Source: Mayamaea pseudoterrestris (Eukaryota). From it: 64,000 nt of DNA. The position numbers and the translations under genes are program-made. The stretch spans positions 1,488,001 through 1,552,000 of the forward strand of contig BROI01000001.1 in assembly GCA_027923505.1 (NCBI GenBank), read 5' to 3'. The notes under the pieces were generated by a model. That model did no database searches, was not told the DNA's origin, and worked only from the letters and a program-made list of their open reading frames with translations. Within the stretch, counting starts at the first letter, position 1; each line of letters opens with the position of its first letter. Shown in pieces: positions 10,701 to 21,291 of this stretch.

Positions 10701-13331
10701 TTTCGCCTTGTCCTGCGGCAATCTCCGGCGTCTTTGCTTTACGTTCCATTGAAAGGCCAGGGCAGTCAGCATCGCCCTTCTCTGCGCCTTTTCTCAGGTG
10801 CAACAAGAGTGTAGAAATGACTTGCTTTCCAGTCCAAAGTTCCCGAGGTTTGATAATAGCAGGTGGCAAAAGCTCAATCGCCATGTCGGCGCGAATGACC
10901 TCCAATCCGGGCAAACTCGCCAGTGCGGCAAAGACTAGTTGCTGATACATCCACTTTTCAAAGAACGTGTCTTTTTTCGTTATCATGACACCTCCAACAA
11001 CATGATCTTGAATCAAACCACGAAGCGGCGAGCCATCGGTCGGAACAATGTACTGCAAATCAGTCTTGGCGATGAACTGAGCCTCCGCTCGCGCAAGATC
11101 ACTTTGCGGGAAATGGCAATTCATTTCATCACCGTCATAATCGGCGTTGTACGTGTTACAGTTGGCGTAGTGCATTCTAATAGTCTTTTGCGTAGGGTTA
11201 TGCAGTAGTCGTACCCTGTGTGCCATGATACCAGGCTTGTGCAGCGTTGGCTATTGCGACAATGAAGTGGTGTGAGATCGGGTTGTTAACAAGAACACGA
11301 GCAACACAAAGTAGCTTCCTCAGAACAGTCAACAAGGCGACTCCTTTCGGAGACACTAAGCAACTGGTGTATGGTCATAATCCTTCATTCGTTTCGGAGT
11401 GGTGCATGACAAAGAGCTCATCCACGGAAGCACAAACAGCAATATTCGTCTCAACGACATGTTTCGTACCTGTCGATTCATCAAAACGTAATCACCATCG
11501 CGCAGCTGCCGCCCAACCAAGGCAGGCATTCCTCCCTTCTTTACATGCACCAAAAGCTGCGCCGCGATCGCTTCTCGCTTGTGCTGCTTCATTTTGCTCA
11601 AGTCAACTCGCTTGCCGGCAATCTCGACCCATCGCGCACCAGGATATTCAATGCCCCGTTCCACCAGCTCTCTCATCTCCTTAATGTTCAAGTCCGTCAC
11701 TGGAGTTGGATAAGTCAAGACCGTCGCAAAGTAGCGGGGTAATCCAATCTCATTTGTTCCGACGTATGGATCCGGACTAATGACGGATCGACAAGCATAG
11801 TCAACACGCTTTCCCATCATGTTCTTACGAAACAAACCTTCCTTGCGCTCCAAAATTTGACGGATACCAGGAGCCACTTGATTCGCCGGAGTTGCTCCCG
11901 GATATTTCGACGAATCCATAAAGCAATTCACATTGGTCTGCAGTTCAATCCAGGTTGTGTACGCACGATCCTCGTCGCCAGAGGCAAACTGCGTGCGTAG
12001 CAGCTCATTTAATGATATAATCTTTGACAAATACTGTGTCTGCGAATGCTCCACCGACATGCCATTCAAATGCATGGACGGACGAAACCGACTGGGCGGA
12101 ACGGGAATGGCTCGCATCAAGTAAATCCTGTAGCCGTCAGTGTCCATGCTAGGTCCGTAGCCAAAGAGGCAGTTGCAGAGAAAGGGGTCCACCTTCCAGG
12201 TGCGCGCCAGCTGCGCCTCCACTTCGGCGGGATGCATAAACTTGTCCTGCTTGGACGATGCTGCGGATGATTGCTTGGTTTCCGACTCGGACTCGGAATC
12301 TTCGTCGCTTTCATCGTCAGCCTCCATGTCATCGTCATTTAAATTTCTCGCTCCTCGTTCATGCGCACTGTCATCCGAATCAGCAGCCGCCGCCGCATCC
12401 ATACCTTGCTTGAGTGCCGATACTAGTTTAATATTTTCCTGCGCATTGCGCTTGCGGTTCTGGTTACTGAGAGCAGCTTGAAAAATCTTGTTGGAGGCGT
12501 CCTGACGAATCTTGGGGTTATAGCAACCGCAATGCTCGCACTTTTTGGTGCGCTTGCAATCCGAAATGCAAGCTTGAATGAGTTCCTTGCGAAGCGCAAG
12601 TTCATATGAATTTAGTTTACTGTTTGCTGTTGCTGATGGAGTAGTGTCATCGTCGTTCCCATGACTTGGCTGCAAGTCGCGCAGCAACTGATCCATGGCT
12701 CGACCAGCCGCCGCTCGGTTGCTACTACTAGCCGAGGATCGCGTTGCACCACCTTCATTTCCATCACTTGCAGCCATTGACCCAGACGCCATTGACGCCG
12801 CCTGCGCCAATTCATCATCCAGTTCCAGCAGTCGCACCATGTCATGCTGATACAGCAAGTGAAACTTGGCTCGATGAATCGCCAGCGACCGCGCCGGCGC
12901 CTGCAGCTTGTGACAGTTCAAACACTTGAGTCGCAAGAGTTGCAAAATATCCATAAACAGTAGTGTGTGATAGACTGGTACTGCCAATTCAATGTGCGCA
13001 TAGTGGCCCGGGCAGTCGTTGGAAGGAAGCGCGCATGTGACGCACGACACGGCGCGATCAATGCTTCCCAAGCGTGAGTCGTACAAGCCGCCCGGTAACG
13101 CATGGCCCATGGGGTCAAATGCTTGTGATGATGTAATTTCTAATATACTGCGCTTGCGTACATCTTCGTCGGAATAGAAACTGAGTGTATGATGTGAATA
13201 TGTTCATGGAACGAGTTAGTTGATGATGATGATCAGCATGTCCTCATCGCTTCTCTTAATTTTTCTTACCCAAACTCAACCGACTGAACCTGCTTGCGAA
13301 TGACGGCATCCTTTGGATTAATGGAAATCAT
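7714..13331 (-). CDS. RPA1: DNA-directed RNA polymerase I largest subunit, 3 exons (13331-13270, 13180-11470, 11250-7714)
   Basis: GGLYDSRLG, CxxC..CPGH zinc site, KEGLFRKNMMGKRVDYACRSVISPDP, LMNRQ|PTLH across an intron, YNADYDGDEMN, AVKTSRSGYLQR, GEPSTQMTLNTFH, NVTLGIPRLREI, acidic Pol I-type expander, RHLSLIADYMT. Confidence 0.96.
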
Positions 13332-13644
13332 CTTGATGACTAGCAAATGCAAGCTACAGTTTGTTGCTCATGGTCACGTTGAAAGAATTTTGCCAAGCGA
13401 AAATCGATGGCCGTGATGCAAGTGTCGCAGTGGTTAAGTTTAGCAACGGAGCGACATTCGCTACGTATCTTCTATCCGCGAATCCTCGTTGGAGGAGTAA
13501 AAGAAATGTAGCAGACACATTGCACTATACGCTATCAATAGTATTAGTATTTCACGCTGATGTAAGTTATCTTTGATGCCTTTGCTATCTGACTTTACCA
13601 TTGATGTTACCCAGGGGAGAGTGGTCAAATGTCTGACTCAATTC

Positions 13645-14229
13645 TCACTTGTTCAAGTAGAGTGACACTGCAAAGTAGGCGCCTACCGCCAGTTGAAAAG
13701 CGACCAAGCTCACGTAGCTATCATGACTCACAAAGACATGTTTCATACTAGTTGCCGCATATATTTGCGCCGGAACCATGACAAGCAAGACAATTTGCAG
13801 AATTGTTTTGCACATTTCCAATGACGCATAGTTGGCAGCGAGACCGGCAAAGACTCCAAACAGCGTTTCGCGAATGTTGCAAAATGTCATGAAGAAGCGA
13901 ACGTGGTCGGTCAATGTTTCCTTTGGCAGACCGAGCATGTCAATGTAGTAAGTGGTGGGCATGGCAAGGGACGCAACGCCGAGTGTAAACATCAAAAAGG
14001 AGAGAACTTTGAGCGCCGTTCGAGGAGATGTCACAGAGTGCACCATGCTGGATGCGGATGATGTCGAAGCAGGTTGAACCTTGTTGCGACGAAACGCTGG
14101 CGGCGGCCTGTTGAATGTTTGCGATGGCTTGCCGGCGAGCTGCTTGGGCCGGCTCAAAGCGGCATCAGCAGGCTTCCATGATAGAGCCAAGGTTGCGATA
14201 ATTGTCAAGCAGAGGCAGGTAATTTTCAT
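13645..14229 (-). CDS. membrane hypothetical protein with signal peptide (194 aa)
   Basis: N-terminal signal peptide (MKITCLCLTIIATLALSWKPADA) and about 4 hydrophobic segments in the C-terminal half. Confidence 0.7.
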   Translation of the reverse strand: MKITCLCLTIIATLALSWKPADAALSRPKQLAGKPSQTFNRPPPAFRRNKVQPASTSSASSMVHSVTSPRTALKVLSFLMFTLGVASLAMPTTYYIDMLGLPKETLTDHVRFFMTFCNIRETLFGVFAGLAANYASLEMCKTILQIVLLVMVPAQIYAATSMKHVFVSHDSYVSLVAFQLAVGAYFAVSLYLNK

Positions 14230-14937
14230 TCTGGTGGATAAAGAATCGACAAGAACGAAGATTTGTGCGTCGAAAGATCTTGAGATTACTATGCAAAGGA
14301 TGTTGAACGTATCTTGGATTGCGTCGTCCAGCTGATTCGAGCGCCTTTGAAAACTCTACTGTGACTACCGGTAGGATCTCGACTACTCTACTGGACAACA
14401 ATCGCACTATAAAACATAACCATCATCAATCACAACTTTTCTGAAAATTGGACGTGGCTCACTGATGAATTGTTCTGGTAGCTTAGAAGTAGCTTATAGT
14501 AACTTTATGACTCCATTCTGCATGTGATAGAGTGACACTACTGCCAACGGCGAGCCTGCTGCAAAGCCTCTGGCGAACGCCAAGACCACTGCCGACGGGC
14601 AAGTGCTGCTATTAACAGCAACCTTTGCCAAGTCGTTCCTGCCCATGCGGTATAGTACAAGTAATGCAGAATTCTGTCGCCAAAGCTGGAGCGACAGCAA
14701 TCCAGAATTGAATTCTTTCGTATTACTTTCGTAGTGCAATCATGCGCAAGCATCTTACTGAAACGTACACTTATAGAGAAAACGTTGTTTCTATTCGTAC
14801 GATAAACTCTTAATTTCTGCTTGTACAGTCACCCAATTAGCGAGATCCATCACCAGTTTGTCGCAACACGTAGAACTATCACACTGTATTTGAAGCATTC
14901 TCCATCCATCTTCGGCACCATGTCGACAACCCTATGT

Positions 14938-15828
14938 TTAATCCGCCTTGAGCGCAAACAGTTGCCGACTGACCGGCTGATCCTTGCGCAGGACAATAAT
15001 CTCCACTTGATCGCCCGTGTAAATGTCGCGCTCGCCCGCGTTCAAAAAGGCATCCTTGAGAATCTCCACCACTTCCTCCACACTCAAGTCAGGCTTTGGT
15101 GTGGTACGATTGCGATTGCCAATTAAATTGTCCAACAAGGGGATAACGTAGGCTTGTCCGCTGCCATTCGCCGAGTATTGCGATCGCTCAAAGGAACCAA
15201 TCGCATCGTACGAGTAAACGGCCCCCTTGCCCTCCTGGTCCAAGCCCGCCAGCAAATTAAAGGCATAGTATGGAAAAAATCGCTTGTAGTAAAGCGTGTT
15301 GGATAGCATTTGCGCAACTGAAGGCGTTGACATGCTTTTGCGATGATTGTGCTGGTAAATCTGTTTTCATGAATGGGAGGAAATCAGGAAACAAAACGAT
15401 TGAGCGATCGTCGAGTGACACCATGAACACGAGTATTCGCAAAACTTCTCTTCTCGCTCTCTACATATCCATGATTTTACCTTTCCTCGAATGTCCAAAA
15501 CACTTCGCAGCTGATCAACATCCGTCTTGCATCCGCTGCTCGCCAAGACGCAGTTTGTCGTCACCGCATGAAGCTTGGTCGTGTCACGCGACAATATCTC
15601 GTAACCACTCGACAAACGCGTATCCGCCGCTACCACAACGTAGTCGTCTCCGGCAATCGCCGCCACGGTGCCTCCGTTGAAATCGTAGGGAGAGAAGCGA
15701 TGCTCAATGGGACGACTGGTGATGCCGTGATCGCAAGGATCTTCCTCCACGGGACCCAGACGAAACGGAACACTTCCTTCCGATGATGCCATGAGAGGTG
15801 GAAGTAATGTCATTTTGTTCATGCTCAT
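14938..15828 (-). CDS. PSMB1: 20S proteasome beta subunit (PSMB1/beta-6 type), 2 exons (15828-15481, 15360-14938)
   Basis: [55 protein letters not shown] intron restores the frame. Confidence 0.93.
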
Positions 15829-16230
15829 TGCGTCTTGCTAGGAAAGAGTCGACAGTAAGGAGCGCTTGCAATGAGACGATCTTTTTACCGATGATCATCG
15901 TCAAGCATCCTTTTCGGTCGCGACGATCGTCTGGCCGTGATCCGAGCAGCGCGAGTCTCGGTACGACTAACTCGATTCAACTCGTTCATAGTCTGCTACC
16001 CGTACCTACGTCTGGCTTTACATTTAATGTAAGTATACGGTCATGTTATAGTATTACTCCGAAGTATACATTGGCAAACACATATCTTTATATAGCTTAC
16101 TAAAGTAGCATCAATCTTTCGCTTGCGACTATGTCGGCACTGTGTTACAACCGCCAACGTTATTTCGTTTCGTCAAACACACTCGACATCGTTCCATTCC
16201 CATTTACGATTCATGCACCAATTCACCCCT

Positions 16231-17604
16231 TCATCCAACAGCACTGACGATATGGTTTGGTCCATCCGACGACTCGTCGCTACTTCCGTCACTTCCACTA
16301 CTACTACTTTCCGCGGAACCAAAGCTGGCGCTGCTCGTTTTCCGCATCAGTGGCGCCACCACCTCATTGACATGCTCCGACACATGCTGCACCTTGATCA
16401 ACACGTGCGACATGCACGAGTAAATGTTATGCTGCGACAGCTTGCGCCGCTTGAGTCGATCCATGACCGGCACCACCTTGATGCGACATGTCAACCTCGT
16501 ATCATTCTCAAACGCCAGTATGCTTTCCAAATAGTTTTGCTGCTTATCTTCCGGCGGACCAACCACTTGCGTCACTTGAAAGAAGGATTCCACGGGCCGT
16601 CCCACCATGGTGTCGGGTGTCGGAACGCAGTCACCCACACCCGCCAGTTTCAAAAAGGCGCGATTGACGTGCACCACGCAAAAGGGCGGCGTTGCCTGCG
16701 TCAGCAGTCGTGGCTCGTTTGTGACGACCATGGCGTCGTGCAAGTCAATGGCGTGGCGCATGGACATTTGCTTCGGTGCAATCAGGCCGGCGCTGCAAGT
16801 GTAGGGGTCGTAAAACTTGAGCCAGCTGCAGTCGATTCCAAATCGCTGACATGGTTCGCCCCACAGGAGTGCTCGGGCCATCCACTGGTGAAAGAGTGAA
16901 GGAGTGAAGGAGAGAAAAGTGAGACAAAATGCTAAAACGGAATCACTTGCTCGCCAATCAGGCAGCAGAACCGAACCGCTCCAACATACCTGTCCCTTTC
17001 CAAAGACGGTCGACGGAAGTGTCGTGACAAACTGCGTATCCTGGCAAGGCGTTTCCTCCACGAAACTCGCCGCGTTTACTTTCTGCACATTGGAAGTGTC
17101 AATCAACGGGTGGCTGGGATTGGGCAAACATCGCTTGCGCTTGGTCGCGGCCGCTCGTTGCTGGGGAGTCGTTAGCAGCAACAGACTGGATGGAGTATCC
17201 TCGGGACTCAATATGGAAATCAAGAATTCTCTGGCTTCCGTCCAAATGTCCTTCTCGTCGGGGTCGGAGGAGAATGACAAGTCGGATGGGGATTGGGGGC
17301 TGCTGGAGCGGTGATCGATTGTTGCTGTTGCTGTTGCGTTTCTGTTCTGCTTCTTTTTCGAAACTCCGATAGTTATTTGCTCCTTGATGGCATTCGCCGC
17401 GTTGAAGGCTTCCTCCTCTCGTAGGATTTGAAAGGCTCGCTGCAGCAAGCTTTGCTTGGCATGCAGAAAGCTAATCGTTTCGTCGATCCCTTCGTCCTCG
17501 CTGCTGCTGCCAGTGCACGATTCAAAGTCGGAGCCGCTAGTGGCTGCTACAGCTTTCAGCAAGGGTCGTGAGGAAGAGTCGTTCAATATGGAAGAGTCAA
17601 TCAT
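16231..17604 (-). CDS. PAS-like domain protein A; probable in-frame intron 16989-16885
   Basis: EPRLLTQATPPFCVVHVNRAFLKLAG...MVGRPV resembles a PAS core; GTATGT...CACCAG 105-nt intron; ends SAVG*. Confidence 0.7.
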   Translation of the reverse strand: MIDSSILNDSSSRPLLKAVAATSGSDFESCTGSSSEDEGIDETISFLHAKQSLLQRAFQILREEEAFNAANAIKEQITIGVSKKKQNRNATATATIDHRSSSPQSPSDLSFSSDPDEKDIWTEAREFLISILSPEDTPSSLLLLTTPQQRAAATKRKRCLPNPSHPLIDTSNVQKVNAASFVEETPCQDTQFVTTLPSTVFGKGQVCWSGSVLLPDWRASDSVLAFCLTFLSFTPSLFHQWMARALLWGEPCQRFGIDCSWLKFYDPYTCSAGLIAPKQMSMRHAIDLHDAMVVTNEPRLLTQATPPFCVVHVNRAFLKLAGVGDCVPTPDTMVGRPVESFFQVTQVVGPPEDKQQNYLESILAFENDTRLTCRIKVVPVMDRLKRRKLSQHNIYSCMSHVLIKVQHVSEHVNEVVAPLMRKTSSASFGSAESSSSGSDGSSDESSDGPNHIVSAVG

Positions 17605-17925
17605 AATGCTGCTATAGTTGATTTGTGTTTGATGTTAGTTTGTGATTGATTGTCATGCGGCGAAAGGCTTGCTTTCTCGGTTCCATCGATTGGCTGTTCC
17701 GCTTGTGATTGCTTTCGGCACGGTTGTTCCCTGCGCGGCGAGAAAATATCAAAGTGGGAATCTTCGGACCGACAAAGAACCGAGTGGATGCGTCATTTTG
17801 CGTTCACTTTTGACGTGTACGTATCTTTCGTAGCCGTCTTCGGAAGGGAGGGGTGTGTCAGAATGATGAGTCACCCGAAATCATCATTTTGATATTTTGC
17901 TGTTTCCGACTACATATGCCTCAGT

Positions 17926-17941
17926 TGGGTGACGCAGCCCA
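17926..17941. promoter_or_regulatory. TGGGTGACGCAGCCCA candidate bZIP-type site upstream of PAS-like gene A
   Basis: 15/16 identical to 21132-21147; TGACG core inside a TGGG/CCCA inverted flank. Confidence 0.4.
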
Positions 17942-18529
17942 CGTCATTTCTGCGTTTTCCGGATCGGAAAGGATTGACGGTTAACCTCAAAACTTCTTAG
18001 GGTTAAGAGCGCGATACATGAGGTACCAGCTGGATTCGCGCGCGCGATACCTCACGTAGCCCTACCAGCGTCGTTCCGGCACTGATTCTTCACCACAGAA
18101 ACTCGATCACGACGCACCAAGGGCAGACAGTCGAAAACGGACCATCACCATGACAAGCTGGTCATGATCCCGCCGGTCATGTTTCATATAGGTAACGCAG
18201 CAATATAGATTACATAGGCTTATACAATACAATCATCCAGTATATATGACGCTCAAATTAAGTCAATCGGAGCATGTTTGAGTATGAGAGACCCGCTGCA
18301 ATGTGAGGGATTCATTTGCGCGCTCCCTTGCCGGCGTCAAATGGAATACAATGTCTCAGAGAATGATCCAAGAAAGGAATCCAGCTAGCAACTCATTGCT
18401 CATTATATAAATAACACAGCGTTGGCGCAACATGCGGAAAAGTGTACCCTTTAAAGGTCGTAAATGGAGGCAGCAACCAGAGCGACAATTTGACGAGCTC
18501 TTCTGAGGCGAATAAACTCACCATCCAAC

Positions 18530-18612
18530 GTCGTTAAGGCCACTATTATTCATCAATTGCATCCATGGCATGTGTATGCTCGTTTTCATCCAGTAATAGT
18601 GGCCTTAACGAC
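18530..18612. repeat. foldback unit 1: perfect 19-bp inverted repeat with 45-nt spacer
   Basis: GTCGTTAAGGCCACTATTA (18530-18548) / TAATAGTGGCCTTAACGAC (18594-18612). Confidence 0.9.
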
Positions 18613-18863
18613 TCATACTTGTCTTCGTCGTTCCAGTTTTGAGACTGCGGCGTGGAACGAGCACTTGCCCAAAACTTTTATATTGACACACCAGCTGATC
18701 CTTTGACTGACGAGTCGCTAAATATGACATCTCCATGACCACTTTTGTGCATGGATGACTTTGCGCCGGTGCTGAAAGAGGTCTTTGGTTTGATTGAACC
18801 AAATTTTGCCGTGCATGCGCGAGGCAACGGAACACGGCGAGGAGAATTACTCATGATCCCTAT

Positions 18864-18946
18864 GTCGTTAAGGCAACTATTATTCATCGAATTCATCCGT
18901 GGCATATTAACGCATGTTACGGCCCAATAATAGTGGCCTCAACGCC
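18864..18946. repeat. foldback unit 2: diverged direct copy of unit 1, 334 bp downstream
   Basis: GTCGTTAAGGCAACTATTATT / AATAATAGTGGCCTCAACGCC (18/21 paired); spacer and flanks also resemble unit 1. Confidence 0.85.
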
Positions 18947-21131
18947 TCATACTGGTCTATTGTTGACTCAAGAGCAGCTCCTTGTCGAATTATCGTGTGA
19001 TTTAACACGGAGTACCGGTACGATGAGAAGCGAAGCCGTTTCAACCGGTGCGACTTTGGTAAGCTCCACGTGAGGTATGGCTGGATTCACGGTTTGGAAA
19101 CTCGTCGTAGGCCACACGTAGACCTGGTACATGCTGACCCTAACAAATTCCCGACCGTCACGCCATTTGTCACCATGGGATTTTGAATGATCATAACTAC
19201 TCATAGACCTTGAGAATAGAAGGATGAAGCTGGCAAACGCTTGTTGATACTATGGAGAAGATACGTTGAAGTTGGTCCTTCTATTTTTGAGTGAGAAGAC
19301 TTCCAAATGGGCGTTCACAATTTCGTGATGCAAATTCTGCGACGACAGAACCTTGTTTAAACTAGTAAGTGTACACTAAAACAATCTTTTCAAATCTTCC
19401 ATCCATATACTTACGTATAATGATGACGGGCGTGCAAGAAAATTGGCGATTATGTACATTAGTTTGCCCCAACTCGGAGGATTCGCTAGCCATCAACTCT
19501 CCACAGTAAATTCGCGGCAAGATCAACTCGGTCAAAGTGAACTAAACAATGAAACCTTTGCCACATTTATGCTTGCATCATACTCTGATGCACTAATTAC
19601 ACACTAAAACAAGAAAACCCATCATAATAGTATCCAAAATAGACAGGTCAACCCACCGTGGTCGATCGGTGTGATGGTTTGGAGAACCTGTGTGACCTAC
19701 GAGACATTGACAATTTTTTCTGACGAATTGATATTTTCTAGTATAACAAGAAGTGTAACTACGTAGAAAACATACCAAGACCCTACTATGATGACGTCGA
19801 AGGTGAAACCAGCCATATCACGCGCGCGAATCCAGCTTGTACCGTCAAGTTGAAAAGTCGCCCAATGTGCTTCCCCAAAATATCATTATCGCCAAAAATT
19901 AATCATTCATTATTTTTATATAAGCCGTCTCGAATAGATCCACGCATTGAAATTGTAATGAATGTGTCTTGTGGGTCCCGTAAAGGTCAACAAAGCTCCA
20001 CGTAGCCACGTAGGATGAGTACCAGACGCGCGAGCCAAGCTTTTTTGCGTGCCGTCAGAAATCCACCTTGCGCAACGCCGTCCGGCGGGACCAGTCAATC
20101 AATCAAAACCAGACAAAGTGTTCTACACCCAGCAGATATAGACGGGTGTAGTAGGCTATTCAGATTGTTTTTCTGGTAACTATTGCTATTGGTAGGCCTT
20201 GCGCAAGCTCCTCGTCATCGGACTTTTCAACTTGGGACGGTAGCTAACCACAATGCGCCTCCCAAGCCATCCGACTCACCCAGTATTTCATTCTACGTTG
20301 CAAATCAGCCAAGGAAACTTATCGTAATGCATGTCAGACCAAACAAACGAGGAATATATGTTAGAAACACAGAAGCGTGCTCAAAATGTGGACTGGTTGG
20401 TCAATGAAAGAGTGAAATTATAATTAGCGTGATTATGCTATTGATGTGGCCTCTCAAAGGCTACTCTTCCAAGTTCCAGGGGGAACCTCATCACCCAGTA
20501 TTCTAGGCGGCACTTCCACGTCATGGCAACATTTACCCCAATTTGAGGCGACGGAGTCGCGTCATGAATGATGGATTCTTACCCATCCATGAGTTTCTTG
20601 TTCTTCCTCCTCTCTAAAATTCGCTCTTCAAATATCCTCCAATGACCATGATTTAAAGGATCCAGGCCTTCACTCTCCATATAATCCATATAGGATTCGC
20701 ATGATCCTTCCAAGTAGAGATGAGCGCCTCAATCTCTTCCGCTTCGTCGATGCAAACTCCATGTAAATCCTTTATCCTTTCGCTTCAAAAGAAGACAATA
20801 CTGGTGATTCGGAGTTTTTCCTTCCCTAGCAACTTGCAGATACTTTAGATAAGAATCTTCTTTCATCGTAGACAAAGACTCCATGTCGATAACCAAATGA
20901 GTTGTTCACGTTCGACGCTGCAACAATCGTTGATGCGACGCTTTCCATCGTGGCTTCGACTTCGACAAGATCGAACAAGAAGATCGAAAACCGTTGCGAC
21001 ACAACTTTAACCCCAAGAGAATCAAACTCACATTTTAATCACCTTACGGTTTAGATCGCACGCGCATTCCTATCGAAAGTGTTCCGATGGCTGTCATTGG
21101 ACACCAATCGGAATGCACCGTCAGCGCACAA

Positions 21132-21147
21132 TGGGTGACGCAACCCA
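21132..21147. promoter_or_regulatory. TGGGTGACGCAACCCA candidate bZIP-type site upstream of PAS-like gene B
   Basis: Near-identical to 17926-17941; about 145 bp upstream of ATG 21292; CCAAT at about 21104. Confidence 0.4.
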
Positions 21148-21291
21148 AATTATATTCCGCGTTGTTAAATGACTTGTGTGAATACTCAATCCATTGATAC
21201 GCTTGCACTCGTTCGTCTTGTCGCGGGGCTCCTCCTCCGCCATGCTGCTTGCTTGCTGCCTTACAACACCGCCATCAAGGCAACCACTGTC

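Larger units (their letters stand above)
18022..19843. mobile_element. non-autonomous DNA transposon with 28-bp terminal inverted repeats
   Basis: GGTACCAGCTGGATTCGCGCGCGCGATA (18022-18049) vs reverse complement of 19816-19843 GGTACAAGCTGGATTCGCGCGCGTGATA: 26/28 identical. No long ORF inside. Confidence 0.75.

Noticed and set aside
18530..18946. CRISPR-like or attC-like array
   Set aside because: Only two units, eukaryotic context, no cas or integrase gene.
20123..20151. CTACACCC...GGGTGTAG hairpin (Helitron end?)
   Set aside because: 8-bp stem with no properly placed CTRR terminus and no supporting ORF.
20330..20410. RPNKR...CSKCGLVGQ resembling a transposase zinc-knuckle remnant
   Set aside because: Incomplete motif followed by a stop; no catalytic domain traceable nearby.
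17994..21019. Possible outer TIR pair TCTT(A/G)GGGTTAA enclosing the TIR element
   Set aside because: Only about 13 bp with a mismatch and no target duplication; could be chance.
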